Below, piece by piece: positions 27,601 to 32,530 of a DNA stretch of 64,000 bases. The stretch comes from a virus. How positions within the stretch are numbered: position 1 is the first letter of the stretch; each line of letters starts with the position of its first letter. The stretch lies in the IMG/VR virus record IMGVR_UViG_3300046660_000403, positions 12,832 to 76,831 of that record; one strand, 5' to 3'. The notes below the pieces were generated by a model. That model searched no databases, was not told the DNA's origin, and saw only the letters and a list, made by a program, of their open reading frames with translations. The translations under genes were made by a program, and so were the position numbers.

Positions 27601-28475
27601 CCGCGCACGCCTGCCGAGTGCGCGCCGGTGGCGATCGAGGTGGCCGAGTCGCCCAACAGTTTGCCGGCGCCCAGGCCGATCGCGGCGGTTCCCACGCCAG
27701 CCGCCAGCGAGGGCAGCGCATAATCGCTGTACTCGCGCCCGGCTGCCTGCGCGTCGTCGGCGATCTGACCAGCGCTTTGCGCACCTTCGGTGGCCGCGCC
27801 CAGCGCCACCAGCTTACCGCCGGCAGCTTCCACCGCCGCACTGGCGGCTTGCCCGCCTGCCTTGGTGGCCAGCGCCGCCTTGGTGGCCTGCGCTGCGCCG
27901 CGTCCGGCGGCCAGCTCGGCGGCGCTTGCCGCCGCCCCTTCTGCCGTTGCCAGCGCCGCCTTGGTGGCCACGCCGCGCGCCACAGCGCCGGTCACGCCCA
28001 TGCCGGCGAGCATGCCAGGCGCGGACTGCGCCACGCTGCCCAGAATGCTGCGCGGGTTCTGTACCGATGCCACTACGGAGTCGGTAAAGCCGTCGGCGTT
28101 CGCCACCTTGTCATCGGACGCCTTCTGGCTGTCGCTCAGGTACTCGCCCAGGATCTCATTGGTGCGTTTCGGATCGTAGCCCAGTGCACGCGCGCCCTTG
28201 CCCACCAGCCCGCCGGTGGCCAAGCTGCCCAGACCGACAATCGACGAGCCCACATCAACCACGCCCTGCGCGGCCTTGATGCCCACGTCGCCGACGGTGC
28301 GCAGCACACCGGCCTGTTGCGGGGCGGGCTGCGGCGCCTGGTAGCCCAGCTTGGCCTCCAGCGCGGCCTTGTCCATGGTCGGGTAGTACAGCTGGTGCAG
28401 TGCATCGACGAAACTTGCGTCATCGAGGCCGGCCAGGTTGGGGAGATTCTTGCGTGCTTCGGCTAAACCAGACAT
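12657..28475 (-). CDS. 5272-aa large polyvalent / DarB-like virion ejection protein: inorganic pyrophosphatase-like, N6-adenine methyltransferase, SNF2 helicase, GNAT-like, RadC/JAB and PLxRFG domains
   Basis: YGYIRGTVGADKDHID (~26050); ESSMGAGNF and NPPF (~23770, ~23580); GAGKT and DEAH (~21410, ~20905); HNHPSG..PSDAD (~16200); PLSRFG (~14670). Confidence 0.92.
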   Translation of the reverse strand: MSGLAEARKNLPNLAGLDDASFVDALHQLYYPTMDKAALEAKLGYQAPQPAPQQAGVLRTVGDVGIKAAQGVVDVGSSIVGLGSLATGGLVGKGARALGYDPKRTNEILGEYLSDSQKASDDKVANADGFTDSVVASVQNPRSILGSVAQSAPGMLAGMGVTGAVARGVATKAALATAEGAAASAAELAAGRGAAQATKAALATKAGGQAASAAVEAAGGKLVALGAATEGAQSAGQIADDAQAAGREYSDYALPSLAAGVGTAAIGLGAGKLLGDSATSIATGAHSAGVRGKLATRVGKEFLSEGVLEEMPQSAQEQYFTNIAQGEQDRMKGVANAAGTGLVTGGVMGAGLGGAQRHDAAPPSPVVLPNSGPLSQAANAGQAAAAATAAAATANATAPQGTPAPAAPAAGDALPSLREIDARMDQLVAIGRGQLAQSALDATGNKVKVPAVDGRPLTAEEKSEYDALKQARAARVAIPQDQQAEYQALLAQEQAAHDAKTAPAIAAAAKSRSAQEEAQIQALLDEDARQAREAAAQREQEQIATTNAIVEHERQQRAQANRAALREQIIADPAVANKPAAFQAALKRGGYVNPEVTDEDHAEFAAAAEPVPSLPNELVDAVPERKQAVPAPAGTNTAAVDAAIASGMRLKTANGTVLHKPGSSKIFRLSTAQKAHYTAAIAALGQQNAPVVAENGQNNAVSRENDAVSREKAPENEPIVAPAANTVPESEAIPNALDLAAHEAATSPHNALPEPTQAQKEASNYKLGRVRLHGMDLSIENPAGSTRKGEDKDGTPWENTMAHHYGYIRGTVGADKDHIDTFIGPQPDSDKVFVVNQVHPDSRKFDEHKVMLGFDSLDAASAAYHGNYAPGWSGGDTIIETNVNGFKDWLANGQTRKRFPVGSQYGVVRAAHMKASSVPSQAQSSPATTTDTDQTSGAVADATPREADTARPAHAPADSVPQDASQAEPAPAPRRQALNRRTVKDMSDAELLEAKTLLADSPRVAKIGKEIAARSLESAATPVQEKAPAAPAAAQHGNTAAQVLASLGSITTWEQVAHAENALFDLAEAMRRTHPDLAPLAHLAADTVRIVKLFNEGNKEYKKEVAALRDNLQAVAKADPGPAASAAAAPSAAKSPKKGKAALGEATLRGDYGVEFIDGYEHTDEFPVERGGDLPAGGVKAAFLSDGQRYLKDVAGVLASQGYAPGPQRNGKPGKAVSVNEAGPAVSGEVTLSMVNESLGKGIHIDVSGSAVRGPMLPITASGVAVVARVTEPGNPSRTGQNLWQDPAMSAGQLAAKLHGIVADVASREKSDTLTPNTKEKEDHGHSNAGGEGAPSLGDLAAAQDGSAESAGRVERSDGGGRSGGASADRQPAAKRVSAARSGRSGLEPVYPADGGTSARDGLGSPGAGRDGERVPGQDARAESDVSAIAPAAAPSVPAFNFHITDDVRLGQGGEVQKFNDNLSAIRTMRAVEAENRHATPQEQAIMARYVGWGGLANAFPSPETGQFKDAWRQRGADLAELLSPKEYALARRSTLDSHYTSQTVVQSMWAAARRLGYQGGMALESSMGAGNFIGLMPEDVGARTKFIGVEYDNLTARIAALLYPNETVLNSGFQSVPLADGAFDLAIGNPPFGDQSLRFQFKPEINGHSIHNQFFLASLDALKPGGLQVQVVSRYLLDKLDKSSRVQLAKKARLLGAIRLPDTAFKENARTSVVTDMVFLQRLTPAEEATMEAAFAAAAQKPETSRQAEDERQALAAQVPEWVQTTELADPLGGDTMRVNTYFAKHPHMVMGVLERSGSMAYGNDITVRLDDPDSLAQRLAGAIKHLPQSVMTQTPDGISAAIARHKDMSDALRIALAGHENGSIKLEAGGVLHQVVERETPEGAFELTRRILAPESPWSDALYMDRDGKWYTIEAQMDEHGKPVKQVKNGKTTNLNVYDRKVFTSEADIPSAMLLGKTRYERLRQLVALRDLLKEQLSLEAEDAKTAAIEANRASLAAAYQAFVKEHGLVSEPANSSLVTNMPDGALVQALESGYRPAITAARAARIGEKVRPAAAEPAPILSKRVIVPYEAPTTADSLADAVAINMAEAGRVDLERIAALLGKDVAAVEAELAAADKPLLFKDPESGLWETRNSYLSGQVKRKLNAARAARLVQNINALEEVQPEPWGAENVTALLGSSWVPPSVYADFVQHIAGTAIARVAYSAVTNSYSVTGAATNRASEEEWGSPGYTSVELIAALLNNSAIKVVYYDKDGGAHVDQEKTALALLKAKAISTEFSDWVYKDGARRNQLVEIFNEKFNTRVMRQHDGSHLFLPGKVPDAVIAMRRHQKNTIWRGISERFMLVDHTVGAGKTYTAIARAMERRRMGLSKKPTMVVPNHMVEQFTSDVYRLYPAAKVLAAGKKDFEKSRRRQLFAKIATGDYDIVILPHSSFGFIGIAPETEERFLQQELDAAVAAVAEAEEEAEDSGQAGFRKPFGVKEAERLVDKLTARMEKVKGDKNKDRLLTFEQMGIDDLTVDEAHEFKNLFYSSRLTGVKGMGNKTGSQKAFDLYNKVRVLRESPTGTVTFLTGTPISNSAVEMYNMMRYLAADELKELGLEHFDAWRAQFVSTDAGWEPTETGRLKEVNRLGRTWSNMRSLMDLYYSFTDSVDNDDIKRAYAEDNGGEAFPIPRVAGGDRQSVVMAPTKAQINLLDEVLEGFDGLPNIVDPYERNKARLRLMDRARKVSLDVRAANPHSTSREEGGKLDVIADNVKRIYDKWHADRGTQLIFLDRSVPKAKGDDAVLKEYDALLAAQRQALKDQNEGAMRAAGEKLERFDPNEMEELRNAQAGGWNAYQQIKDNLIARGIPAAEIRFVQEANTDAQKQALFDAVNDGTVRVLLGSTPRMGAGTNVQQRIVAVHHADVTWKPSDIEQREGRGVRQGNKLLAKYGIDAFELEILAYATERTIDAKMWALNSSKLKTINAIRKYDGAFSMDFEDEESVSMAELAALASGDPLLLERVKLVSEIDKLELLKRQHARKQWGITSQIEDAESSVAKLPARIKMAESDLADVHAGLSAQEQAVSARSVSVEGEHFNDGAAARRAVMEAVTAQQGGDDKAKVSVKVNGRRLASLDGAMAAVGAALGDQQPFHMTVNGQDLGARTDAARAIAEIAAEVSGELGENAAKTVDIGQFRGLPLQATMEHDSNAGYWTSLAVLRWDGSTLATGDTNWRENPEYTTSAMRTAVEDLEKTLNPSGLTSAIGNFTRRLAAAEASLPDLRARQGGPFAQQGELDAKHARLETVIRELSSGPSTPARAIVARSNPLRRADGSYMRQAPAEAQFSRARIDTDDQLVNIFSQLASDDDAFRLPGSEAKTLAGVLAEVGPSMTVDEFYSQGEEEDAATPVDRVWQITSPDGELAWVYKNNKNKEVWLDISNWKEGKLGAQVYQAVATFAHNTKQVFIGDPQGLSDKALYRRTEQMISSALRHGTTAHLAPHARQVEAIQTATGVPVRPVAWRTGDDAHNLRELLLSSYTNILHVFPEIADVHYNFSRARFERDAAPVRASSGALLADQSAAGEQADADGLGSGGDRSTAGRGAAGPDEAEGQLARVDAVPFTDADFAAAAGSLRRAYDALFPSHRGAYTPPIGVSDLKRAALVAAVLREEGRDGGRDVLDHVADRLLQRVSTPLAGVLYSRDAEYFRDEARAFLPPVPAGHDAGTAAPLVLTGAELLAAKKTTEQLNRVLAKEGMAPVRALRTAPNAGFALARQAGKALGIDVNFVSANGDFEGVAYRGTAYLAESLHNPVLAIAGHETLHALEQSNPALGAKLRERIRAHLKDGVVADRQLREYVAAGLQDVPMEQAEAEVIADINGAMWLEPVFWSDLAKADRSLFRQVAYKFMEVAAKLIGALRGSRWDAANLVRDVEAVRAILVDTWAEHAAAQGQGSAPRTLHEPGPSGYNDAYEHTDTRPGSTDAQLRTGRAAVEALSRRLGVDRIGEGNPAGRGAATVLGSRLLAGFVAGQPNELVGQVVHTPADLAALAQVYRDPRFETFRVLYTAGDQIVGEAGYTSRLPASVGTPNNLNAQVAADKARFGADGYYLLHNHPSGRATPSDADVDLTTGTAAAVSGMRGHVVIDHNEYAIIDAAGAHDLVAAPELNGVDFTGAPELEHQLLGVAIKGPGYVAQLAKALQIPAGHAALVLTDIHGAVQLLVDVPMGALTDTSKRGLAKGKGVLRRMVRETGSGGHRFLALPEGADVDAFAPWVEAGVITDVVSADAQTARVNGATWGTDFLAHSPTVHTLVNEAGDAAAYSRTGLGERLAGAANSIEDLRLPAGYRLGDLFNSSGKLNWWHKTLGTMDNLAKRRPIFAPVYEAVQRFLGDVSRYAVVAADMAPTLLPKLENIADIIGKNRKKPLTAEDSKAIAAPIFEGTLSWARDANGAPISMADLEAQAEQMSTADKARILLAKGIIDHQQHQAWLASPLGIYDASINSRYTATQLQGGVVWSDAELRDKFSLSDAQIALYREFRAALDKSLTNLTISEMVKLGGKDAKSLQEQAVAEPSLAQAANLLRDHFIALAKLHPEQTDMHLDTASQIMNLADKGQGLMDRGYAPLSRFGKYTVYVQDGEEQVYFGMFESQHEAAKMARDMREAHAGALVTQGTVSEDAYKLFAGVSPETIELFGSMVGLDSQADAASTEVYQAYLKLAKNNRSAMKRMIQRKGIAGFSEDAGRVLAGFIYSNARLTAGNAHLGEIDEAVTAIPKQEGELTDAAMQLREHIRNPEGGGHQLGGLMFAQFLGGSVASAMVNLTQPFTMTLPYLSQWGGLAKAGKALADAVKLAGKDSTGDADLDAALKWAEDEGIVAPQEVHYLQAQASGKGSLRTGDGTLAGNTRAHLNNAMAKVSLGWGKLFAMAELANRRITFIAAYRTAIAQGMGNPAKFAQEAVSQTQGTYNSGNKPRWARGTIGSLLLTFKQYSIGYLELLTRMAMAGEPGSKERAAGRRAALYMVAVLFLMSGADGLPFEQDLEDALDGIMQRLGYNFATKRAKQAFLTNVLGQGGADFALKGISSLPGMPVDVAGRFGMGNLIPGTGLLQKKESYTRDLGELAGPAGDLAARAFSGAGKLLGGDIAGAALDVSPASVRNVIKGADMLASGSYNDARGYRVNDTSTTEGIMKIIGFQPNSTADIQDAKGQALNMLAQTRMRQAEIAEHWAQGIAQNDAGMVQAARDWRDDWNAKNPEAPVKVSMPGVLKRVRSMRQDAANRTQKSAPVALKATVSRELAETRG
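16430..16633 (-). CDS. Candidate nested +1-frame leaderless gene (67 aa) inside the polyvalent gene
   Basis: TATAAT (16641-16646) 7 nt before the ATG; local codon bias changes. Confidence 0.5.
   Translation of the reverse strand: MNTPTPAQAVPTPNCEPDALPSKHFPDGSALIVSAKAIQLVEAQLPYSVAGCSPGSLPDSPTSLSGK
17468..17782 (-). CDS. Nested +1-frame gene (104 aa; alternative start 17911) inside the polyvalent gene
   Basis: AGGAG RBS; TTGCGC-18-TACACT promoter at 17922-17951; globular composition. Confidence 0.65.
   Translation of the reverse strand: MRMDWDQEEIEALPDEALLALMKQKGSSHEWMQYLSQTRILQLLQDRFAGLMTHSFHPTEERIRLRLGCLILRERHLSQPFYAKKDATAGETYWITLQTGSYNV
24197..24505 (-). CDS. Nested +1-frame gene (102 aa, helical, TnpV/DUF1896-reminiscent) inside the polyvalent gene
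   Basis: AAGGAAG RBS; TTGCAT-16-TACACT promoter at 24535-24562; protein-like composition. Confidence 0.75.
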   Translation of the reverse strand: MDIATLAAKARHHWETWLPHKTEVLKAQGEWSEATEAAAVAAHRLIANLQQSGYQQHEAEEVALSRYILLTAEPAPETDWEAQELAEMENAYQDKMREPNPT

Positions 28476-28501
28476 TGCGTTCCTTATATATAGGGGAGGT
28501 G

Positions 28502-30286
28502 TTACAGGCCAACCGCGGCGCGCACGGCGTCCTGGCGATTGCCGGTGGAGGCGATCAGGGCATTGGCGGTGTCGCGCGCGCTCTCCATCTGCTTCTGGTA
28601 GGTGGCGGTGGCGGCGGCGTCACCCGACTGCGCCACGGCGGCGTAGACCTTCATGGCGTCCTTGAGCGCCTGCGCGGCGTTCTCGATACCGCGCGCCTTG
28701 TCCAGCGTCAGGCTGTTCAACGCCGTATCGCTGGTCAGGCCAAGTGCCTGTGCAACAGGACTGGCTGCGGGTACTGGCGCGGCTTGCACGCCACCGGGCG
28801 CCTGCAGGCTGACTGCCGGACGCGCCGGCGCGGCTGCTGGAAGCACCGACGGCGCCGGTTCGGAAGGAGCGGCAACGGGATTGGGCACCCGCTGCACGCC
28901 AGGTGCGGGAGCGGGCGCACCGGCACCGCCATTAATATTGGCCGGATCGGCGGCAGCCGGACCGCGCTTGCCGGGGCGCAGCAGGTCGGCCACCTGCTGG
29001 TTCAGCACCGCCGAGCGCACCATCATCTGCTTGCCGCCGGGCGAATCGGGCTGCCAGGATCCTTCGGCTTGCGCTTTGTTGAGCGCCTGGCCGATCTGGT
29101 CCTGTTCCTTGAGCAGGCTGTTCAGCTGTGCGCGGCTTGCCGCTGGCAGGGCGTCCACGCCGAGAATGTTGGCCTTCTGGTCGACCGTCAACGGCGCGCC
29201 CAGTGCTTTTTCCTTGGCGGCAATCTGCCCAAACGGCGTGGTGGCATCGAATTGCTGCTGCTGCAGGCGCAGGTGCTGGGCTTGCAGGGCGCGGCCGGCG
29301 GCCGCATCGCGCGCGGCCTGATCACGCGCAGCCTTATTGTCTTCGCGCACACCGGCATAGTGCTCGCGCTGCATGGAGGTCTGGGTGGCGCGGTCCAGGT
29401 GGGCCAACTTGGTATTCAAGTCCATCATCTGGTACTGGGCCTTGGTGGCGTCGATCGTCACGCGCGAACCGTCCCCATTGGCCAGCGTGACGAAATGGGT
29501 AGGTACGTCTTCGCCGTTGATCTTCGTCGTACCCTGCGTGCCGCTGACCACCTTGGCGCCCTGATTTTTCCCGATGCGATTGAACGCCGCCACGCCGCCC
29601 TCGTAGTCGCCGCTGGCGAAGGCCGACAGCGCCTCATGCACGCCCTCGTTACGGGCGTTGGTGATAAACGACATTTGCTGGGCGTAGTCCTGCGGCGTGA
29701 GGTCGCTGCGCGCGGCCTTGCGGCGCAGCAGCTCGGCCTGCCGCTCCAGCACGTCGTTGAAGTTGCGGGGCTGCGGCAATCCGGCTGGCCCGCGCAGCTC
29801 CTGCACTTTTGCCGCGACTTCCGGGGCCAATTTTGGCGAATTGGGATCCGGCTGCGGTACGCCAGCGGCATCGGTCAGCTTGAAGGGCGCCTTGCCTGCC
29901 ATGGGATCGGCTGCGGCGGCACTTCCCGGTTCGCCCATCAAGGAAGTGGGAACGGCATTGGCCTTGTCGATTTCGGCTTGCATCTTGCCCTGCTCGACCA
30001 TTTGCTCGGCCTGCGATTTTTCTGCCTGGCCCGAATCTGCGGCCGCATCAACCTGCCGGGCGGCGAACTGCGCATCGACCGCGGCGGCATCGGCCTTGTC
30101 GGCCGCCTTGACGCGATCCTGCTCCTGCCAGTCTTTGCGCTGACGGCCGCGTGTTTCCTCGGCAAAGGCGCCATCCTGCTCGGCGCGCTGCGCGGCCTTC
30201 TGACGGCGCTCGTCGTCGCCCAGGCGGCGCTGCTCATCGGTAAATCCTTGGTAGCCTGCTGCGGCTCCGGCTAAACTGAAATTCAT
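28502..30286 (-). CDS. Internal virion / DNA ejection protein
   Basis: Gln/Ala-rich helical; AAGGA RBS; located before the giant protein. Confidence 0.7.
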   Translation of the reverse strand: MNFSLAGAAAGYQGFTDEQRRLGDDERRQKAAQRAEQDGAFAEETRGRQRKDWQEQDRVKAADKADAAAVDAQFAARQVDAAADSGQAEKSQAEQMVEQGKMQAEIDKANAVPTSLMGEPGSAAAADPMAGKAPFKLTDAAGVPQPDPNSPKLAPEVAAKVQELRGPAGLPQPRNFNDVLERQAELLRRKAARSDLTPQDYAQQMSFITNARNEGVHEALSAFASGDYEGGVAAFNRIGKNQGAKVVSGTQGTTKINGEDVPTHFVTLANGDGSRVTIDATKAQYQMMDLNTKLAHLDRATQTSMQREHYAGVREDNKAARDQAARDAAAGRALQAQHLRLQQQQFDATTPFGQIAAKEKALGAPLTVDQKANILGVDALPAASRAQLNSLLKEQDQIGQALNKAQAEGSWQPDSPGGKQMMVRSAVLNQQVADLLRPGKRGPAAADPANINGGAGAPAPAPGVQRVPNPVAAPSEPAPSVLPAAAPARPAVSLQAPGGVQAAPVPAASPVAQALGLTSDTALNSLTLDKARGIENAAQALKDAMKVYAAVAQSGDAAATATYQKQMESARDTANALIASTGNRQDAVRAAVGL

Positions 30287-30300
30287 GTGCTGTTCCTTTA

Positions 30301-31008
30301 TCAGACTGGGCCGTAGGCGGCGCCCATCGATCCCCAATCCATATTTGCCGGAGCTTGCGGGACGCTTGCCAGCTGCCCGCCCGATCCACCACCGGCGCCA
30401 AAGTTCATTTTGCTCAAGCCGTTGACTACGCCGCTAAACAAGGCGCCCGCTCCGGCACCCTCTTGGCCTGCGCGCAGCGCCGCGCTTTGCGCCTGGGCAT
30501 TGGCGCCGGCCGCCGCGCTGGCGAGGCCGGCGGCGGCACTGGAGGCCATGCCCTTCCCCATCGCCACGGCATCCTGCTTCTTGGCATAAGCCATGTCCTT
30601 GACCTGCTGGCGGGCCTTGTTCTGCTCCGTTGCACCAAGCGCGGCGCCCTTTAGCTCCATCGTCGCGGCGGCTGCCTGCGCCGCCGGGCTGGACGGGTCC
30701 AGGCCTGGCGTACGGGACAGGCGTTCGCGCGCCAGGCCCAGCTGGGTCGATACCGACGACTGCGCCGCGCTGGCCGCATTCTGGTAGGCTTCCGGGCTGT
30801 CGGCGTTCTGAGCATCCTTGATGAACTGGTGTTCCAGCGGACGGTAATACTGTTTGTAATCGTCGTACTGGTCGGTGGCGATCTCGCCCTGATAGGCGTT
30901 TTGATCGGCAGCGCGATCGGCGGCGGCCGCGGCGGCTTTCTGCCCTTTGCTGGCGACGACGCCACCGATGACAGCCGAACCGATCACTGCGGTTGCAATG
31001 CCTGACAT
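30301..31008 (-). CDS. Internal virion / ejection (pilot) protein
   Basis: Hydrophobic Gly/Ala N-terminus; Ala-rich. Confidence 0.7.
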   Translation of the reverse strand: MSGIATAVIGSAVIGGVVASKGQKAAAAAADRAADQNAYQGEIATDQYDDYKQYYRPLEHQFIKDAQNADSPEAYQNAASAAQSSVSTQLGLARERLSRTPGLDPSSPAAQAAAATMELKGAALGATEQNKARQQVKDMAYAKKQDAVAMGKGMASSAAAGLASAAAGANAQAQSAALRAGQEGAGAGALFSGVVNGLSKMNFGAGGGSGGQLASVPQAPANMDWGSMGAAYGPV

Positions 31009-31010
31009 GT

Positions 31011-31931
31011 TTAGTTCCCTTCGTTGATGCGGCGGGCTTCGGCCACCGATTGCCGGTAATCCACCGTGATTTCCTCGCCGTCCCGACCTCCCATGCAGCC
31101 GGAGATCGGTCGCAGCGCGATCAGGTGAATGTTTCCTTGGTCGTCGCCTGCCATGCGCGCATTGGGTTGTTTTGCGTGATTGGTGTAGCGCCCTGCCGGC
31201 GTGCGTAGACCGTTGATGCGGGCCGGCGCGATGTGCTCGCCCTGGGCGATATCGGCCGTGGCGAACAGCCCGCGGCCTTCGATGGGTGACGCGCCCACTT
31301 TGATCCGACAGCTGATGTCATGCGGCATTTCGCACTGGTCTGCCTCGTTGACCGATTGCGCGTGCACCGTGTCGGCGCTGATACCCAGTTCCGACAGCGC
31401 AGCCATGAAATCGTTGCGGTCCGGCTGATGGCGCAGTTCGGCGTGCGCCAGGGCCGCATCGGCATGGGTCAGCCAGCCGTCGCTCTTGCTTAAAAAGTGG
31501 GCTTCGAGTTTGCCAATATCGGTTTCGTTGGTGGCGTAGGCGTTGATCCATACCACGTCTTCGTGCACATAGCCGATCTTGCGGCCCGGCTTACCTATGA
31601 AGAACATCGGTGCGCGCAGCTCTTGCTGCGTACCGTCATCGAGCAGTACCGTGACACGGCCCTGCAGGAAGATATTGACGTGCTCGAAGTTCTGGATATG
31701 GCCGATAGCTAGGATGCCGGCTGGCATCCGCACTTCGCGGAAGTAGATGCCAGGGCCGAAACGGTGATGAACCGGGCATGGCGCTTGTGGGTAGGCCAGC
31801 ATGGCCTGTTCGGCGTCCCCTACGACGGCCTCGGTGATGGCTGCGCCGGACAGTAGCTCCATCACAGCCGCAGTTGGTAACGTCTGCGATGCGGTGGCAT
31901 CCACGTCGGATTTGATGATTGTCTGCTGCAT
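31011..31931 (-). CDS. Cupin-like + SET-domain (lysine methyltransferase) fusion protein
   Basis: HRFGPGIYFREVRMPAG cupin; SPIEGRGLFA, RYTNHAKQPNA, GEEITVDY SET motifs. Confidence 0.85.
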   Translation of the reverse strand: MQQTIIKSDVDATASQTLPTAAVMELLSGAAITEAVVGDAEQAMLAYPQAPCPVHHRFGPGIYFREVRMPAGILAIGHIQNFEHVNIFLQGRVTVLLDDGTQQELRAPMFFIGKPGRKIGYVHEDVVWINAYATNETDIGKLEAHFLSKSDGWLTHADAALAHAELRHQPDRNDFMAALSELGISADTVHAQSVNEADQCEMPHDISCRIKVGASPIEGRGLFATADIAQGEHIAPARINGLRTPAGRYTNHAKQPNARMAGDDQGNIHLIALRPISGCMGGRDGEEITVDYRQSVAEARRINEGN

Positions 31932-31959
31932 AGCCCGCCCTCCTAGTTACGATGCGGCG

Positions 31960-31995
31960 ATTCTATGAGCGGTTGTTCAAATACTTGGAATTTAG
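31960..31995 (-). promoter_or_regulatory. Phage-specific promoter motif copy 4
   Basis: CTAAATTCCAAGT; TTCCAA-19-TAGAAT. Confidence 0.65.
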
Positions 31996-32186
31996 CCTGT
32001 GTCGCTCTCCCCTGTTACGTCCCCTTTGGGGAATTGCGCCTTGATAGCGGCAACGGCCGCGATGTACCTGTCCATCTTCGAGCTGTCGCCTTGTGACTGC
32101 CAGTAGATGGCGTCCGCCAGGTCGGCAACGGGAGGGTATGCGTCACGGCGTAGTTTTGCCACGTCCTCGGTGTGCGTGATTTTCAA
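31992..32186 (-). CDS. Small tail-associated protein
   Basis: RRDAYPPVADLADAIY..IKAQFPK motif typical of tail-fibre neighbours. Confidence 0.75.
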   Translation of the reverse strand: MKITHTEDVAKLRRDAYPPVADLADAIYWQSQGDSSKMDRYIAAVAAIKAQFPKGDVTGESDTG

Positions 32187-32530
32187 ATGACCACCTCAAA
32201 GTCGGCATCCAGGCACGGGAAGGCGATTACCTTGATCTGGTAGACGCCGGGATAGGTGAAGTCCAGCTCGGCCGTGGTATCGGCGCACAGGTAGGACTTC
32301 CCATTGATGACGATCTCGCACGGGACCGGCAGCTGCTGCAGCAGATTTTCCGTCCGACTGGCCGGGTTGACCGGCCGTTGACATGCCTGGCCATCCTTGA
32401 CGTACTGCGTGTCGCCATCGATCTCGCCGACAAACACGTTGGCACCCTGTAGCTCTATCATTGATTCGGGAACCGCCCCTACAGACAATACTTTCCCTGA
32501 TTCAGGGTCATATCTGGTAAAACTTTTCAT
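32183..32530 (-). CDS. Tail-associated hypothetical protein
   Basis: AGGAG RBS; overlap-coupled. Confidence 0.7.
   Translation of the reverse strand: MKSFTRYDPESGKVLSVGAVPESMIELQGANVFVGEIDGDTQYVKDGQACQRPVNPASRTENLLQQLPVPCEIVINGKSYLCADTTAELDFTYPGVYQIKVIAFPCLDADFEVVI

Noticed and set aside
28400-30274. 624-aa + strand ORF and similar ORFs opposite structural genes (e.g. 48265-49839, 45946-46956)
   Set aside because: Antisense shadows of well-supported minus-strand genes.
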